DNA of 64,000 nucleotides from an uncultured Thioalkalivibrio sp. (lineage in GTDB: Bacteria; Pseudomonadota; Gammaproteobacteria; Steroidobacterales; XN24): NCBI GenBank assembly GCA_964462675.1, contig CAYWYS010000002.1, positions 42,110 through 106,109 on the forward strand. Direction: 5' to 3'. The notes beneath the pieces are model-generated. The model was given only the letters and a program-made list of their open reading frames with translations. It did no database searches and was not told the origin of the DNA. Numbering within the stretch: position 1 is the first letter of the stretch; every line of letters starts with the position of its first letter. The position numbers and the translations under genes were made by a program. Shown piece after piece: positions 39,620-49,855 of this stretch.

Positions 39620-40938
39620 GCACCGGCCCCGGTGGAATCGTCCGCGACGATGCTGACGCGCAACGGTTCCTCGCTGCTCAGATGCACGTCGCGCTGCGGA
39701 TAGGGAATGCCGACGCCCTCCTCCTTGAAGGCCCGCCAGACCCTGCGCAGGATGTCGCTGCGGACGTTGTTGATGCCGTTCATCGGGTCGCCGACCCAGA
39801 TGCGCAACTCGAGATCGATCGCGTTGTCACCGAAGGACCGCAGCTGGCAAACCGGCGCCGGCTCGGCGAGGACCCGCGGAATCTCGCCCGCGCAGCGCAC
39901 GCAGAGTTCGATGGCGCGCTCCGGGTCCGAGTCGTAGTGAATGCCAATCGGAATCTTGATGCGAACCTTGCTGTCCGAGTGGGTCCAGTTCTCGACCCGG
40001 GTCGTGATGAATTCCTCGTTCGGGATCAGGTGCTCGATGCCATCCCGCGTCACGACCGAGACGTAGCGCCCGCCGAGCGTGTTGACCCAGCCATAGGTGC
40101 CGGCGACTGCGACGACGTCGCCCGGCTTGATGGATTTGTCGAGCAACAGGATCAGGCCCGAGAACAGGTTCGCGATGACACGCTGCAGGCCGAGGCCCAC
40201 GCCGACACCGACCGCGCCGCCGAACACGGCCAATGCAGTGAGGTCCATCCCGGTGGTCGACACCGCGGCGACCACGGCGATCGTGACCAGGCTGAACTTC
40301 AGCAGCTTGCCGAACAGCACCTGCACAGAGGGGGTCAGGTTCGGGCTGTGCCGGAGCCGGGCTTCCAGCGTCTCCGACACGACCGTCGCCAGCCACAGCA
40401 GGACCGCGAGCGAGAACGCCGACTTGGTGACGGTCAGCAAGGAGATGCGTACCGCGCCGAACTGGACGGCGAAGGAATCGAGCAACGCGACGGTAGGATC
40501 GAGCAGCCTGAGAATGTTCAGCGCGGCGACGGTCCAGGCCGTGATTGCGACCGCCCGGGCCCACACCGGGTTTCTGATCAGCCGGGCCGCGACATTGATG
40601 ACGACCCAGGCCATCAACAGGCTTGCGGCGATCTCCAGCAGCCGAAAGGGCCAGTCGCGCAACACGGCCGCCTGCCAGGCAACCCCGACCAGCAGCAGCC
40701 ACAACAGCGGCAAAATCAGCGGCTGCAGGCCGTCCAGGAAGCGCCGCCAGCGGCCATCAGCAGCCAGGCCGACCAGGAAGCGGCGCAGGCGAGGCGCGGC
40801 AAACGCGGCACCGGCCAGCGCGGCCGCAACCGCAACCAGTTGCAACAGGGTCGGCAGGACCAGCACCTGCTCGGCGACCCATGCCCAGGCCACCTTCACA
40901 AGTCCGGTCCAGCGCTCGGGACTGAACCATTCCTCCAT
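39616..40938 (-). CDS. MscS-family channel with an extended N-terminal TM region
   Basis: 'GAVGVGVGLGLQRVIANLFSGLILLLDKSIKPGD', 'IPNEEF'; start inferred at MEEWF. Confidence 0.9.
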   Translation of the reverse strand: MEEWFSPERWTGLVKVAWAWVAEQVLVLPTLLQLVAVAAALAGAAFAAPRLRRFLVGLAADGRWRRFLDGLQPLILPLLWLLLVGVAWQAAVLRDWPFRLLEIAASLLMAWVVINVAARLIRNPVWARAVAITAWTVAALNILRLLDPTVALLDSFAVQFGAVRISLLTVTKSAFSLAVLLWLATVVSETLEARLRHSPNLTPSVQVLFGKLLKFSLVTIAVVAAVSTTGMDLTALAVFGGAVGVGVGLGLQRVIANLFSGLILLLDKSIKPGDVVAVAGTYGWVNTLGGRYVSVVTRDGIEHLIPNEEFITTRVENWTHSDSKVRIKIPIGIHYDSDPERAIELCVRCAGEIPRVLAEPAPVCQLRSFGDNAIDLELRIWVGDPMNGINNVRSDILRRVWRAFKEEGVGIPYPQRDVHLSSEEPLRVSIVADDSTGAGA

Positions 40939-40994
40939 CCGGACCCCTCCCGCGGGCCGCGGAAAACCAGCGCAGCATACCATCCCCTGCAAAG

Positions 40995-41024
40995 CAGAAA
41001 GCCCGGCTCGCGCCGGGCTTTCTG
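40995..41024. terminator. Bidirectional intrinsic terminator downstream of hynL
   Basis: CAGAAAGCCCGGC-TCGC-GCCGGGCTTTCTG, a perfect 13 bp stem. Confidence 0.8.
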
Positions 41025-41059
41025 GGTCCTTGCCCCGAGGCAGGGTTCAGCGCATCGGT

Positions 41060-42793
41060 CTACAGCGCCTTGACCTGCACCAGTTCCTTGCCGTCCGGAT
41101 CCGTCACGTGCACGGCGCAGGCCAGGCAGGGATCGAAGCTGTGGATGGTGCGCAGGATCTCGATCGGCTGCTCAGGGTCATACAGCTGGTGATTGTCCTG
41201 CAACGCCGCCTCGTAGGCGCCCGGCACACCCTGCGGGTCGCGCGGACCCGCGTTCCAGGTGCTCGGCACGACGCACTGGTAGTTGTCGATCCGGCCGTTC
41301 TTGATGACGATCCAGTGCGACAGGCCACCGCGCGGCGCCTCGTGCAGGCCGACGCCCTTCGCCTCGCTCGGCCAGGACGACGGATCCCAGAGGATCTCGT
41401 TGAAGGTCCGCGTGTCGCCGGCCCGGATGTTGCCCAGCAGCTGGTCCATCCAGCCCTGCATCGCGTCTGCGACGATCTTCGTCTCGAGCGTCCGCGCGGC
41501 CGTGCGGCCGAGGGTCGAGAACAGCGCGGAGACCGGCGCGTCCAGGGTGCGCAGCGTATAGTCGACGAGCTCCTTGGTCTGGTCGTGGCCCTGCGCGTAC
41601 ATCAGCAGCACGCGCGCCAGCGGGCCCACTTCCATCGAATGCCCTTTCCAGCGCGGCGACTTCAGCCAGCTGTAGCCGTCTTCGACATTGAGCTGCTTGT
41701 AGGGCGGCGTCGGGCCGCCGCGGCCCTCGTAGTTCAGCGCCGTCTCGCCATCCCACGGGTGCAGTCCCTGGTTCTTGCCACCCGAGTAGTCGTACCAGGC
41801 ATGGCTGACGAACTCCTGGATGCCGTTCGGATCCTTGAAGTCCACCTCGTGGATCTCATTGATGTTGCGGCCGAGGATTGCGCCGCGCGGGAACAGGAAG
41901 CTGTCCGGGTCGTTCATCGTCTTCGACGGCAGATCACCGAAGGAAATGAAGTTGCCGAGTCCCTCGCCCCGCCCGAACCAGTCCTTGTAGAAGCCGGCGA
42001 TGGCCAGCGTATCCGGCACGTAGACCTGATCCACGAAGACCTTCATCATCGTGATGATCTGCTGCACGATCTCGAGCCGCTCGGCATTGATCGCTGAATC
42101 GGAGTTCAGGTCGATCGGGCTCGGCACGCCGCCGACGACGAAGTTCGGGTGCGGGTTCTTGCCGCCGAAGATCGCGTGCAGCTTCGCCACGTCCCGCTGC
42201 CAGGCCAAGGCCTCGAGGTAGTGCGCCACGGCCATCAGGTTCGCTTCCGGCGGCAGCTTGTAGGCGGGATGGCCCCAGTATGCGTTGGCGAAGATGCCAA
42301 GCTGGCCGCCCTCGACGAAGCCCTGCAGCTTCTTCTTGACGTCGCGGAAATAGCCCTCAGAGGACTTCGGCCAGCTCGGCGAGACCGCCTTGGCCAGCTC
42401 CGCGGTCGCAGCCGCGTCGGCGCTCAGCGCCGAGACGACGTCCACCCAGTCGAGCGCATGCAGGTGATAGAAGTGCATCACGTGATCGAGCACATACTGC
42501 GAGCCGATCATCATGTTGCGGATCAGCTGTGCGTTCTTCGGTATCTCGTACTTCAGCGCGTCCTCGACAGCCCGGATCGACGCCATGCCATGCACCAGCG
42601 TGCAGACGCCGCAGATGCGCTGGACGAAGGCCCACGCATCCCGCGGGTCCCGGCCCTGCATGATGATCTCGATGCCGCGCACCATCGTGCCCGAGGAGTA
42701 CGCCTGCTGGATGCGATCGCCCTGCATCTGCACCTCGACGCGGAGGTGGCCTTCGATGCGGGTGATCGGGTCTACGACGACTCGATTGCTCAT
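41060..42793 (-). CDS. hynL: Group 1 [NiFe]-hydrogenase large subunit
   Basis: 'DPITRIEGH', L1 RICGVC, L2 DPCLACAVH plus a 15 aa cleavable tail. Confidence 0.97.
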   Translation of the reverse strand: MSNRVVVDPITRIEGHLRVEVQMQGDRIQQAYSSGTMVRGIEIIMQGRDPRDAWAFVQRICGVCTLVHGMASIRAVEDALKYEIPKNAQLIRNMMIGSQYVLDHVMHFYHLHALDWVDVVSALSADAAATAELAKAVSPSWPKSSEGYFRDVKKKLQGFVEGGQLGIFANAYWGHPAYKLPPEANLMAVAHYLEALAWQRDVAKLHAIFGGKNPHPNFVVGGVPSPIDLNSDSAINAERLEIVQQIITMMKVFVDQVYVPDTLAIAGFYKDWFGRGEGLGNFISFGDLPSKTMNDPDSFLFPRGAILGRNINEIHEVDFKDPNGIQEFVSHAWYDYSGGKNQGLHPWDGETALNYEGRGGPTPPYKQLNVEDGYSWLKSPRWKGHSMEVGPLARVLLMYAQGHDQTKELVDYTLRTLDAPVSALFSTLGRTAARTLETKIVADAMQGWMDQLLGNIRAGDTRTFNEILWDPSSWPSEAKGVGLHEAPRGGLSHWIVIKNGRIDNYQCVVPSTWNAGPRDPQGVPGAYEAALQDNHQLYDPEQPIEILRTIHSFDPCLACAVHVTDPDGKELVQVKAL

Positions 42794-42840
42794 ATTAGTA
42801 CCCCGATCCTTGTAAGTCGTTCGCTACCGGCGTGCCGGGT

Positions 42841-44169
42841 TCAAGCCAGGTTGTCGCTGACCAGGGTGACAAGATTCACGATCTTCTTGTCCCAGTTCAG
42901 CCACGCCTTGCCCATTTCAAGATTCTGCATGCAGGTATTGCAGGCAGTGACCACCGTTGGCGCACCGGTCCGTTCAACCTCTTCGCGCTTCAGCTCAAAG
43001 GCCTTCTGGCGCAGCTGCTTGGCGCTCTTCAGCATGACGACGCCGCCGCCGCCGCCGCAACACAGGTTGGTGCGGCCATGCGATTCCATTTCCGTCAGCT
43101 TGACGCCCAGCGCCCCGAGTACGTCGCGGGCCTCGTCGAAGGAGCCGCCCAGGCGGCCGATCTTGCACGGGTCATGGAAAGTGACGTGCGCCGCGCCGTT
43201 GCTCGCCTTCTTCAGCTTCAGCCGGCCGGCCTTCAGCTCCTGGCCCAGGTATTCCGCCGCCGAGACGAACTCGAACGGCAGCTCCTTGCCATACAGCGTG
43301 GCGGCCTCCCAGCGCAGCACCGGATAGGCATGGCCGCATTCGGCGACGATGACCTTCTTGGCGCCGCAGGCGACTGCCGCGTCGATGACGCGCTTGCTGA
43401 TGCGCCGCTGTGCCTGCATGTCGCCGGCCAGCGCGCCGAAGTTGGCCGATTCGAAGCCGTCACTGCGCACGGTCCAGCTCACGCCGAGCTTGTTCATGAT
43501 CTTCGCGGTAGCGGCCAGGATGTTCTCGTCCTTCAGGAAATCCATCGCTGAGGACAGCACCAGCACGTCGGCCTTCGCCTGGTCGAGCGGCACCTCGATG
43601 CCCTTCGCCCGCACCCGCTCCACGACCTCGCGCAGCTTGTCGGGCCCGGCGCCGAGGATCGTGCCCTTGTCCTTTTGTTCGTCGGACACGGCCTGTAGCT
43701 CGGCCGGCGCGAGTCCGGCTGCCGACAGACCGCTGCGCACGACCTGGATCATGCTCTGGATGTGGATGCCCATCGGGCACAACAGGCTGCAACGGCCGCA
43801 CTGCGTGCAGGAGTCGTAGGCCAGCTCTTGCCAGGCCTCGAGCTCTGCCGCCGTGATGTCGCGGGTGAACAGCCGGTTCAGCCAGCGGGTCGGCGCCAGC
43901 TCGCGCCGGTAGACCTTCTTCAGCGGCTCGAGCTTGTAGATCGGCGTGTACTTTGCGTCGCCGGTCGAGATGTAGAAATGGCAGGCCTCGGCGCACATCC
44001 CGCAATGGATGCAGGACTCGAGGTAAGTGGCCATGTCCGCGCTCATGCCGGCAAGGAATGCCTGCTTCGCGCGGGCGACTTTCTGGTCGTCAGACAGCGC
44101 CTTCGGCTTCAGGCCGGCGGCTGCGCGCTCGCCGAGCGTGCCGTAGTCAGGAATCGTTGTCGCGCTCAT
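42841..44169 (-). CDS. isp2: Isp2: heterodisulfide-reductase-like Fe-S protein
   Basis: CIHCGMCAEAC and CTQCGRCSLLCP; CCG-domain motifs HDPC, CCGGGGG, TACNTC; lies between hynS and hynL. Confidence 0.9.
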   Translation of the reverse strand: MSATTIPDYGTLGERAAAGLKPKALSDDQKVARAKQAFLAGMSADMATYLESCIHCGMCAEACHFYISTGDAKYTPIYKLEPLKKVYRRELAPTRWLNRLFTRDITAAELEAWQELAYDSCTQCGRCSLLCPMGIHIQSMIQVVRSGLSAAGLAPAELQAVSDEQKDKGTILGAGPDKLREVVERVRAKGIEVPLDQAKADVLVLSSAMDFLKDENILAATAKIMNKLGVSWTVRSDGFESANFGALAGDMQAQRRISKRVIDAAVACGAKKVIVAECGHAYPVLRWEAATLYGKELPFEFVSAAEYLGQELKAGRLKLKKASNGAAHVTFHDPCKIGRLGGSFDEARDVLGALGVKLTEMESHGRTNLCCGGGGGVVMLKSAKQLRQKAFELKREEVERTGAPTVVTACNTCMQNLEMGKAWLNWDKKIVNLVTLVSDNLA

Positions 44170-44846
44170 GCCCGTACCCCTCTCCGTGCGAAGGCGGCCC
44201 CGACCTTGTAGCGGGACGGCCAGATAAAGATGGCGTGCATCAGCTTGCCGAACGGGAACCAGACCAGCAGCAGGCAGATGCTCAGAATATGCAGTGCCAG
44301 GACCGTCTCGTATTGCATGCCGAAGGTGATGTGCGTGAACGACATGATTCCCGTCAGGAAGGGCAGGAACGCCACGATCCAGCTGAAGTAGTCATCCATG
44401 GTCGAGATCTGCCGCAACACCGGGTTCATCAAGCGGCGCGCCAGCAGGACCAGCAGGATGCCCATCGTCACCACGGTGAAGAACGTGATGAACAGGTTGG
44501 GCAGCGTCGGCCAGCCGAAGCCAAGGATGCTCTTGAAAAACAGCATGTGCGGCGCGAAGAACAGCAGCACGATGAACATGCTGATGTGCCACGCATAGCC
44601 CGAGTAGTGCTGGAAAACGATGTTCTTCTCCAGCTCGTGCGCGGGTGCCGAGCGCGTCAACAGCGTCTTGACGCCGCCGGAGACGGCCGAGCCCTTGGGC
44701 GCCGAGAGGTCCTTGCGCGAATAGAGCAGCAGCGCCGTGATGCGCCAGACGAGCCCGATCACGAAGATCGCGACGGCCCAGCGGAACGCCGGCCCGCGGG
44801 CGAAGTCGAGCAGCGACATGCCCTGTAGATAGAGTCCCTCGTTCAT
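44166..44846 (-). CDS. isp1: Isp1: NarI-like diheme cytochrome b
   Basis: About 5 TM segments, His pairs 'WHIS...PHML' and 'ALHIL...KLMHA'; ATGA overlaps with both neighbours. Confidence 0.9.
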   Translation of the reverse strand: MNEGLYLQGMSLLDFARGPAFRWAVAIFVIGLVWRITALLLYSRKDLSAPKGSAVSGGVKTLLTRSAPAHELEKNIVFQHYSGYAWHISMFIVLLFFAPHMLFFKSILGFGWPTLPNLFITFFTVVTMGILLVLLARRLMNPVLRQISTMDDYFSWIVAFLPFLTGIMSFTHITFGMQYETVLALHILSICLLLVWFPFGKLMHAIFIWPSRYKVGAAFARRGVRA

Positions 44847-45907
44847 GCCTTTTCCTCCTGCTGCGCCTTCTTCTGTTTGCCGCGAGCGAGCGCTGCGGCA
44901 GCCAGGCCGGCTGCGGCGCCTGCGGCGGCGGTGATGCCGACGGTCTTGACGTCGCCCCAGTAGGCGGCCGACAACGGCCTGTAGAAGCTGCCCTTGTCCC
45001 AGAAATTCGGTTCCGAGCAGCCAATGCAGCCGTGGCCGGACTGCACCGGCCAGCTGACGCCGTTGTTCCACCGCAGAGTGGCGCACGCGTTGTAAGTGAC
45101 CGGTCCCTTGCAGCCGAGCTCGTAGAGGCAATAGCCCTTGCGCGCACCCTCGTCGTCGAAGGTCTTCGCAAACAGGCCGCGCTCGTAGAACGGGCGGCGA
45201 TAGCAACGGTCATGGATGTTCTGGCCGAAGAACGCCATCGGCCGGCCGTGCCGGTCGAGCTCCGGGATCGTGCCGAAGGTCAGGTAATGGGCCAGCACGC
45301 CGGTGATCACGGTCGGGATCGGCGGGCAGCCCGGCACGTTGATGATCGGCTTGTCCTTGATGATGTCCTGCACGCCGACCGCCTGGGTCGGGTTCGGGTT
45401 GGCGCGGCCGATGCCGCCGTAGGCCGCGCAGGTGCCGATCGTGACGATCGCGGCGGCGCCGGCGGCGGCCTCCTTCAACATCGACAGATGCGTATGGCCG
45501 TTGGTGCAAGAATACGCTTCGAACTCACCGGTCGGGATAGAGCCGTCGACGAGCAACAGGTAGTTGCCCCAGTTTTCCTTCATCGCCTGGTGCATGGCAT
45601 CTTCGGCGCGCTGGCCGGATGCAGCTTGCAGCGTATGGTGATAGTCAAGCGAGATGGCGTCGAAAATCAGGCCCTCGACGGTCGGCGAGTGCGAGCGGGT
45701 CAGCGACTCGGTGCAGCCGGTGCACTCCTGGAACGGAAGCCAGAAAACCGACGGGCGCCGCGCGTTCTCGATCGCCGCCGCGACGGCCCCAACCATGCTT
45801 GGCGGCAGTGCCATCATGGACGCGGTAGCCGCGCAGAACTTCATGAATCCGCGACGGCTGACTCCGTTCGCCCGGAGGACGTCGCCTACGGTGTTGCTTG
45901 CTGCCAT
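44843..45907 (-). CDS. hynS: [NiFe]-hydrogenase small subunit (Tat signal, C-terminal anchor)
   Basis: SRRGFMKFC; ECTGCTES; GTCAAYGG; PGCPP; HDRCYRR; CLYELGCKGP; HGCIGCSE. Confidence 0.96.
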   Translation of the reverse strand: MAASNTVGDVLRANGVSRRGFMKFCAATASMMALPPSMVGAVAAAIENARRPSVFWLPFQECTGCTESLTRSHSPTVEGLIFDAISLDYHHTLQAASGQRAEDAMHQAMKENWGNYLLLVDGSIPTGEFEAYSCTNGHTHLSMLKEAAAGAAAIVTIGTCAAYGGIGRANPNPTQAVGVQDIIKDKPIINVPGCPPIPTVITGVLAHYLTFGTIPELDRHGRPMAFFGQNIHDRCYRRPFYERGLFAKTFDDEGARKGYCLYELGCKGPVTYNACATLRWNNGVSWPVQSGHGCIGCSEPNFWDKGSFYRPLSAAYWGDVKTVGITAAAGAAAGLAAAALARGKQKKAQQEEKA

Positions 45908-45962
45908 GCTGTGCTCCTCCGCACTGCCCCGAGTGTTGCTTGCACGGGGCCTTCGGGTGTCT

Positions 45963-46388
45963 TCAATTACCGGCCGACGCCAGCGCGTTGGCCAGTTCCG
46001 TGAGACCTTTCTGGACGTCCTCGACCTGCGCCTGCAGGAGCGACGGCACCCACGTAATCTCGATGAAACGGCTGGCGAACCCGCCGGAGCCGTCCAGATG
46101 CTCGATAATCCATACGCCGGAATAACGCGACTCGCGGATGACGGTCTTGCCGAGCGCCTCGAGCTCCGCGCGGACTTCTCCCTCGCCAAGCGCGTCGAAC
46201 AGCCGGCGCATGTCGCCGGGGCCCATCGGCAGGCTCTGGATGTCAATGACGGTCGGCTCGCCTTCCTCGATGAGGCGGGCCAGCGCGTGGCGAATTTCGT
46301 GCAGCAGGGGTAAGGCGTTGCCGCGGAGCTCAGGCTCCAGCGCTGCGCCGGACTCCACTTTTACCCCGATTCCAGTGAGACCGCTCAT
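45963..46388 (-). CDS. hupH: HupH/HyaF-type hydrogenase expression protein
   Basis: 'GNALPLLHEI..AL..L', 'LGEGEV', 'RESRYSGVW'; position between the protease gene and hynS. Confidence 0.85.
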   Translation of the reverse strand: MSGLTGIGVKVESGAALEPELRGNALPLLHEIRHALARLIEEGEPTVIDIQSLPMGPGDMRRLFDALGEGEVRAELEALGKTVIRESRYSGVWIIEHLDGSGGFASRFIEITWVPSLLQAQVEDVQKGLTELANALASAGN

Positions 46389-46517
46389 GGCGCCTCCGCC
46401 GGCTGCGTGACGGGTCCTGTCCCGGACCTCGAGACGCGCCAGTCTTTGTCGTTGCTTCAATACCTTAAGCGGCAATCTATGCGCCTCGTGATAGCGCATC
46501 AATACGCAATTCACACA

Positions 46518-47036
46518 TCAAGCGGCCGCCTCGCCGGCGTCGATTTCGATGCCCGTCCACTCCGTGATCAGTGCCGCCACGGCCCGCGCAGCCTCGGGCA
46601 AGGCGGCGCCCACGGCGGGGCTCGGCTCGGTGCCCCAGTCGATGATCGCGGGCTGGATGCCGACCAGTGCGCGCCGCTGCGGCAAGCGCTCGGTGAGACG
46701 CGCCATGTTCATCAGGTCCATCAGGCCGACTTCATGGATGCTGCGCCCGTGGCCGCCGAGCATCTTGTCCATTTCCTCGTCCACGAAGACGCGCACGGTG
46801 CCCGGTGCCGCCTTCAGCTCGGTCGCATCCACAACGATCAGGTACTGGGCATCTTCGACGTCGGCCGAGATCGAGAAACTCAGCGTGCCGCCGTCCATCC
46901 AGTGGACGCCAGGCGCCTCCGGATTCAGCGCCCTCAGGCGCTCCACGACCCAGGGCCCAACGCCCTCGTCCGTCAGGATCGTATTGCCGACGCCAAGGAC
47001 CAGGGTCCCGCTCTTGACGTGCTCTGCTGGGTTCAT
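46518..47036 (-). CDS. hynD: Hydrogenase maturation protease
   Basis: 'LVLGVGNTILTDEGVG', 'DGGT', 'IVVDA', 'HEVGL.DL'. Confidence 0.93.
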   Translation of the reverse strand: MNPAEHVKSGTLVLGVGNTILTDEGVGPWVVERLRALNPEAPGVHWMDGGTLSFSISADVEDAQYLIVVDATELKAAPGTVRVFVDEEMDKMLGGHGRSIHEVGLMDLMNMARLTERLPQRRALVGIQPAIIDWGTEPSPAVGAALPEAARAVAALITEWTGIEIDAGEAAA

Positions 47037-47182
47037 CGTTTGGGGCTCCAGTCCGCGGTTTCGGGGGCGCCGCCGCAGCATACCGGGATGAGAATCAGCC
47101 GCATCAGGACTTCTACGAGCTTGCGCGCGGCGGTCCGGGGTGGCAGCTTGATGACCTGGAGAGAGCGTGGCGGAGTACTAAT

Positions 47183-47416
47183 ATGTGTCTTGGCATCCCC
47201 ATGAAGGTCGTCGCGGTGAACGGCTTCCTCGCGCGCTGCGAGGCGAAGGGCATCCAGCGCGATGTCAACCTGTTCATGATGCAGGATGAACCGGTCGCGA
47301 CGGGCGAGTTCGTCATGGTGCACGTCGGCTACGCGATCCAGAAAATGACCGAGCAGGAAGCCCGCTCTGCCTGGGAGGTCTACGACCAGATGCTCGCCAA
47401 CGAGGCCAACGCCTGA
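47183..47416 (+). CDS. hypC: HypC chaperone
   Basis: MCLGIP, 'VMVHVGYAI'. Confidence 0.96.
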   Translation: MCLGIPMKVVAVNGFLARCEAKGIQRDVNLFMMQDEPVATGEFVMVHVGYAIQKMTEQEARSAWEVYDQMLANEANA

Positions 47417-47423
47417 GCGCCGG

Positions 47424-47795
47424 ATGCACGAGCTTTCGGTCTGCCAGGCCCTGGTCCAGCAACTCGAGTCGGTCTCCGCAACCAATGGCGGCGGCGCCGT
47501 CGAGGTCGTCAGGCTGCGGATCGGCCCCTTGTCGGGCGTCGAGGCCGCGCTGCTGCGCCATGCGTTCCCGCTTGCGGCCGCCGGCACGATCGCAGCCGGC
47601 GCGGAACTGCTGATCGAGGCCGCGCCCGTCGTTGTGCATTGCAATGAGTGCGGCGCCGACAGCGCCGCAGCGCCCAACCGGATGCTGTGCGGCGCCTGCG
47701 GCGGCTACCGCGTGCGCATGATCTCCGGCGACGAGATGCTGCTCGAGTCGGTCGAGCTGGCGGCCGCCGGCGCGCCGTCCGCCGAAGTGTTGTAA
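47424..47795 (+). CDS. hypA: HypA nickel metallochaperone
   Basis: MHELS, CNEC and CGAC, 'SGDEM'. Confidence 0.95.
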   Translation: MHELSVCQALVQQLESVSATNGGGAVEVVRLRIGPLSGVEAALLRHAFPLAAAGTIAAGAELLIEAAPVVVHCNECGADSAAAPNRMLCGACGGYRVRMISGDEMLLESVELAAAGAPSAEVL

Positions 47796-47834
47796 ATTCC
47801 CGGTCTTCGGACCTGCAATTTCCTGGAGTTCGCC

Positions 47835-48758
47835 ATGTGCGATACCTGCGGCTGCAATATCACTGACGGCAACCGTTACCTGGTCGCCGCCGGCGGCAAG
47901 CTTGCGCAGACCTCGGATGGTCGCTCGGCGGTGACCGTGCTCAAGAGCCTGCTCGCGGAGAACGACCAGCAGGCCCTGCATAACCGGGCGCACTTCGATG
48001 CCCGCGGCATCCTCGCGGTCAACCTGATGTCCTCGCCCGGCGCCGGCAAGACTGCGCTGCTCGAGGCCACCATCGACGCGCTCGGGGACCCCCGCCGCAT
48101 GGTCGTCATCGAGGGCGACCTCGAGACCGAAAACGATGCGGCCCGGATTCGCGCCAAGGGCGTCGAGGCCATCCAGATCGCCACTGGCAGCGCCTGTCAC
48201 CTCGATGCGCACATGGTCCACGAGGCGCTCCATCGCCTGGACCTGGCGCAAGTCGATATCGTGTTCATCGAAAACGTCGGCAACCTCGTCTGCCCGGCGA
48301 GCTTCGATCTCGGCCAGCACGTCAACGTGACCTTGCTGTCAGTCACCGAGGGCGACGACAAGCCGGCCAAGTACCCGGTGATGTTCCGCGCCGCGGACCT
48401 GGTGCTGCTGACCAAGACTGACCTGCTTGCGGTACTCGACGACTTCGACCCGATCAAGGCCGAGCAAGCCCTGCGACTGGTCGGCTCCGCGGCGCCGGTG
48501 ATCCATGCCGCGCCGCGCAAGGGCGCCGGCATCGACCACTGGGTCGCCTGGGTCGAGGGCGAGCTGATTGCGCAGCGCGCGCGCGTCGGCGCCGGCACGA
48601 CCCGCCGTCCCCCGGTGCAGGCCGAGGGCGCGCGACTGCATGCCGCCGATCCATCCGCCGGCGAGCACAGCCACAGCCATGGCGAGGACCACGGTCACGC
48701 CCATGGCCACACGCACAGCGATGAGCACGATCACGAGCATGCCGAGGTGAAACCGTGA
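47835..48758 (+). CDS. hypB: HypB GTPase with an N-terminal CxxCGC and a His-rich C-terminal tail
   Basis: MCDTCGC, SSPGAGKT, ACHLDA, ENVGNLVCPA, TKTD; tail HSHSHGEDHGHAHGHTHSDEHDHEH. Confidence 0.96.
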   Translation: MCDTCGCNITDGNRYLVAAGGKLAQTSDGRSAVTVLKSLLAENDQQALHNRAHFDARGILAVNLMSSPGAGKTALLEATIDALGDPRRMVVIEGDLETENDAARIRAKGVEAIQIATGSACHLDAHMVHEALHRLDLAQVDIVFIENVGNLVCPASFDLGQHVNVTLLSVTEGDDKPAKYPVMFRAADLVLLTKTDLLAVLDDFDPIKAEQALRLVGSAAPVIHAAPRKGAGIDHWVAWVEGELIAQRARVGAGTTRRPPVQAEGARLHAADPSAGEHSHSHGEDHGHAHGHTHSDEHDHEHAEVKP

Positions 48759-49855
48759 GCGCGGCACGCGAGTGGCTGGACCGGATCCGGGCGCTGCCGC
48801 TGCCGGAGCGCGTGCGCATCATGAACGTCTGCGGCGGCCACGAGCGTTCGATCTCGATGGCCGGCCTGCGCGGGGCCTTGCCGCCGCAGATCGAGCTGAT
48901 TCCGGGCCCGGGCTGCCCGGTGTGCGTCTGTCCGGAGGAAGACGTCTACCACGCGATGCAGATCGCGCTGCATGAGCCCGACACCATCGTCGTCAGTTTC
49001 GGCGACATGCTCAGGGTGCCGGTCAACCTGCCGCTGAAGGAAACCCGCAGCCTGGAGCAGGCCAAGGCGGCGGGCGGCGACGTGCGGCCAGTGGCCTCCC
49101 CGATGGAGGCCGTGGAGATCGCGCTGCAAAACCCCGACCGGCGCGTGGTGTTCTTTGCCGCCGGTTTCGAGACGACGACCGCACCGGTGGCGGCAATGCT
49201 TGCCGCGGACCCGCCGCCGAACCTGATGGTGTTGCTGTCCGGCCGGCGGACCTGGCCGGCGGTGGCCTTGCTGCTGGAATCCGAGGACCCCGGCTTCGAT
49301 GCGTTGATCGCCCCCGGACACGTCTCCACGATCATGGGCCCGGAGGAATGGGAGTTCGTCGTCAAGGATCACGGCTTGCCGGCCGCGGTGGCGGGCTTCC
49401 ATCCTGAAAGCCTGCTCGCGGCCACCTACTCCGTGCTGCGCCAGGTCATCGAGGGCAAGCGCTTCCTGGACAACTGCTACCTGGAAGTCGCGCGGCCGAA
49501 TGGCAACGCCACGGCGCGACGCTTCCTCGATGAAACCATGGACATCGTGGATGCCTCGTGGCGCGGCATCGGCACGATTCCAGCCTCCGGCTACGGCCTG
49601 AAGCCGCAGCTCGCGGCACGCGATGCGCGCCTGCATTTCCCGGACTATGGCGCACATGACCGCAAGCGCGCGGGCCTGATGCCCAAGGGCTGCGACTGTG
49701 CGCGCGTCGTGCTCGGCAAGATCTACCCGAACCAGTGCCGCATCTATGGCTCGGCCTGTACCCCGCGGACGCCGATCGGCCCGTGCATGGTGTCCGACGA
49801 GGGCGCCTGCCGGATCTGGTGGTCGAACGGCGTCCGGACGCGGGAGGTGGCCTGA
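48755..49855 (+). CDS. hypD: HypD
   Basis: CGGH, GPGCPVC, GFETT, PGHVS, 'GPCMVSDEGAC'. Confidence 0.97.
   Translation: MSAAREWLDRIRALPLPERVRIMNVCGGHERSISMAGLRGALPPQIELIPGPGCPVCVCPEEDVYHAMQIALHEPDTIVVSFGDMLRVPVNLPLKETRSLEQAKAAGGDVRPVASPMEAVEIALQNPDRRVVFFAAGFETTTAPVAAMLAADPPPNLMVLLSGRRTWPAVALLLESEDPGFDALIAPGHVSTIMGPEEWEFVVKDHGLPAAVAGFHPESLLAATYSVLRQVIEGKRFLDNCYLEVARPNGNATARRFLDETMDIVDASWRGIGTIPASGYGLKPQLAARDARLHFPDYGAHDRKRAGLMPKGCDCARVVLGKIYPNQCRIYGSACTPRTPIGPCMVSDEGACRIWWSNGVRTREVA

Noticed and set aside
41060-41140. [NiFeSe] hydrogenase possibility
   Set aside because: The L2 motif is DPCLAC with ordinary Cys codons; there is no in-frame TGA.
46486-46502. TTGAT-containing FNR-like site upstream of hupH (minus strand TTGATGCGCTATCAC)
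   Set aside because: The half-site spacing is off by one and the second half is imperfect.
48640-48745. CAC/CAT-rich quasi-repeat
   Set aside because: It is the His-rich nickel-binding tail of HypB, a known feature and not a DNA repeat element.
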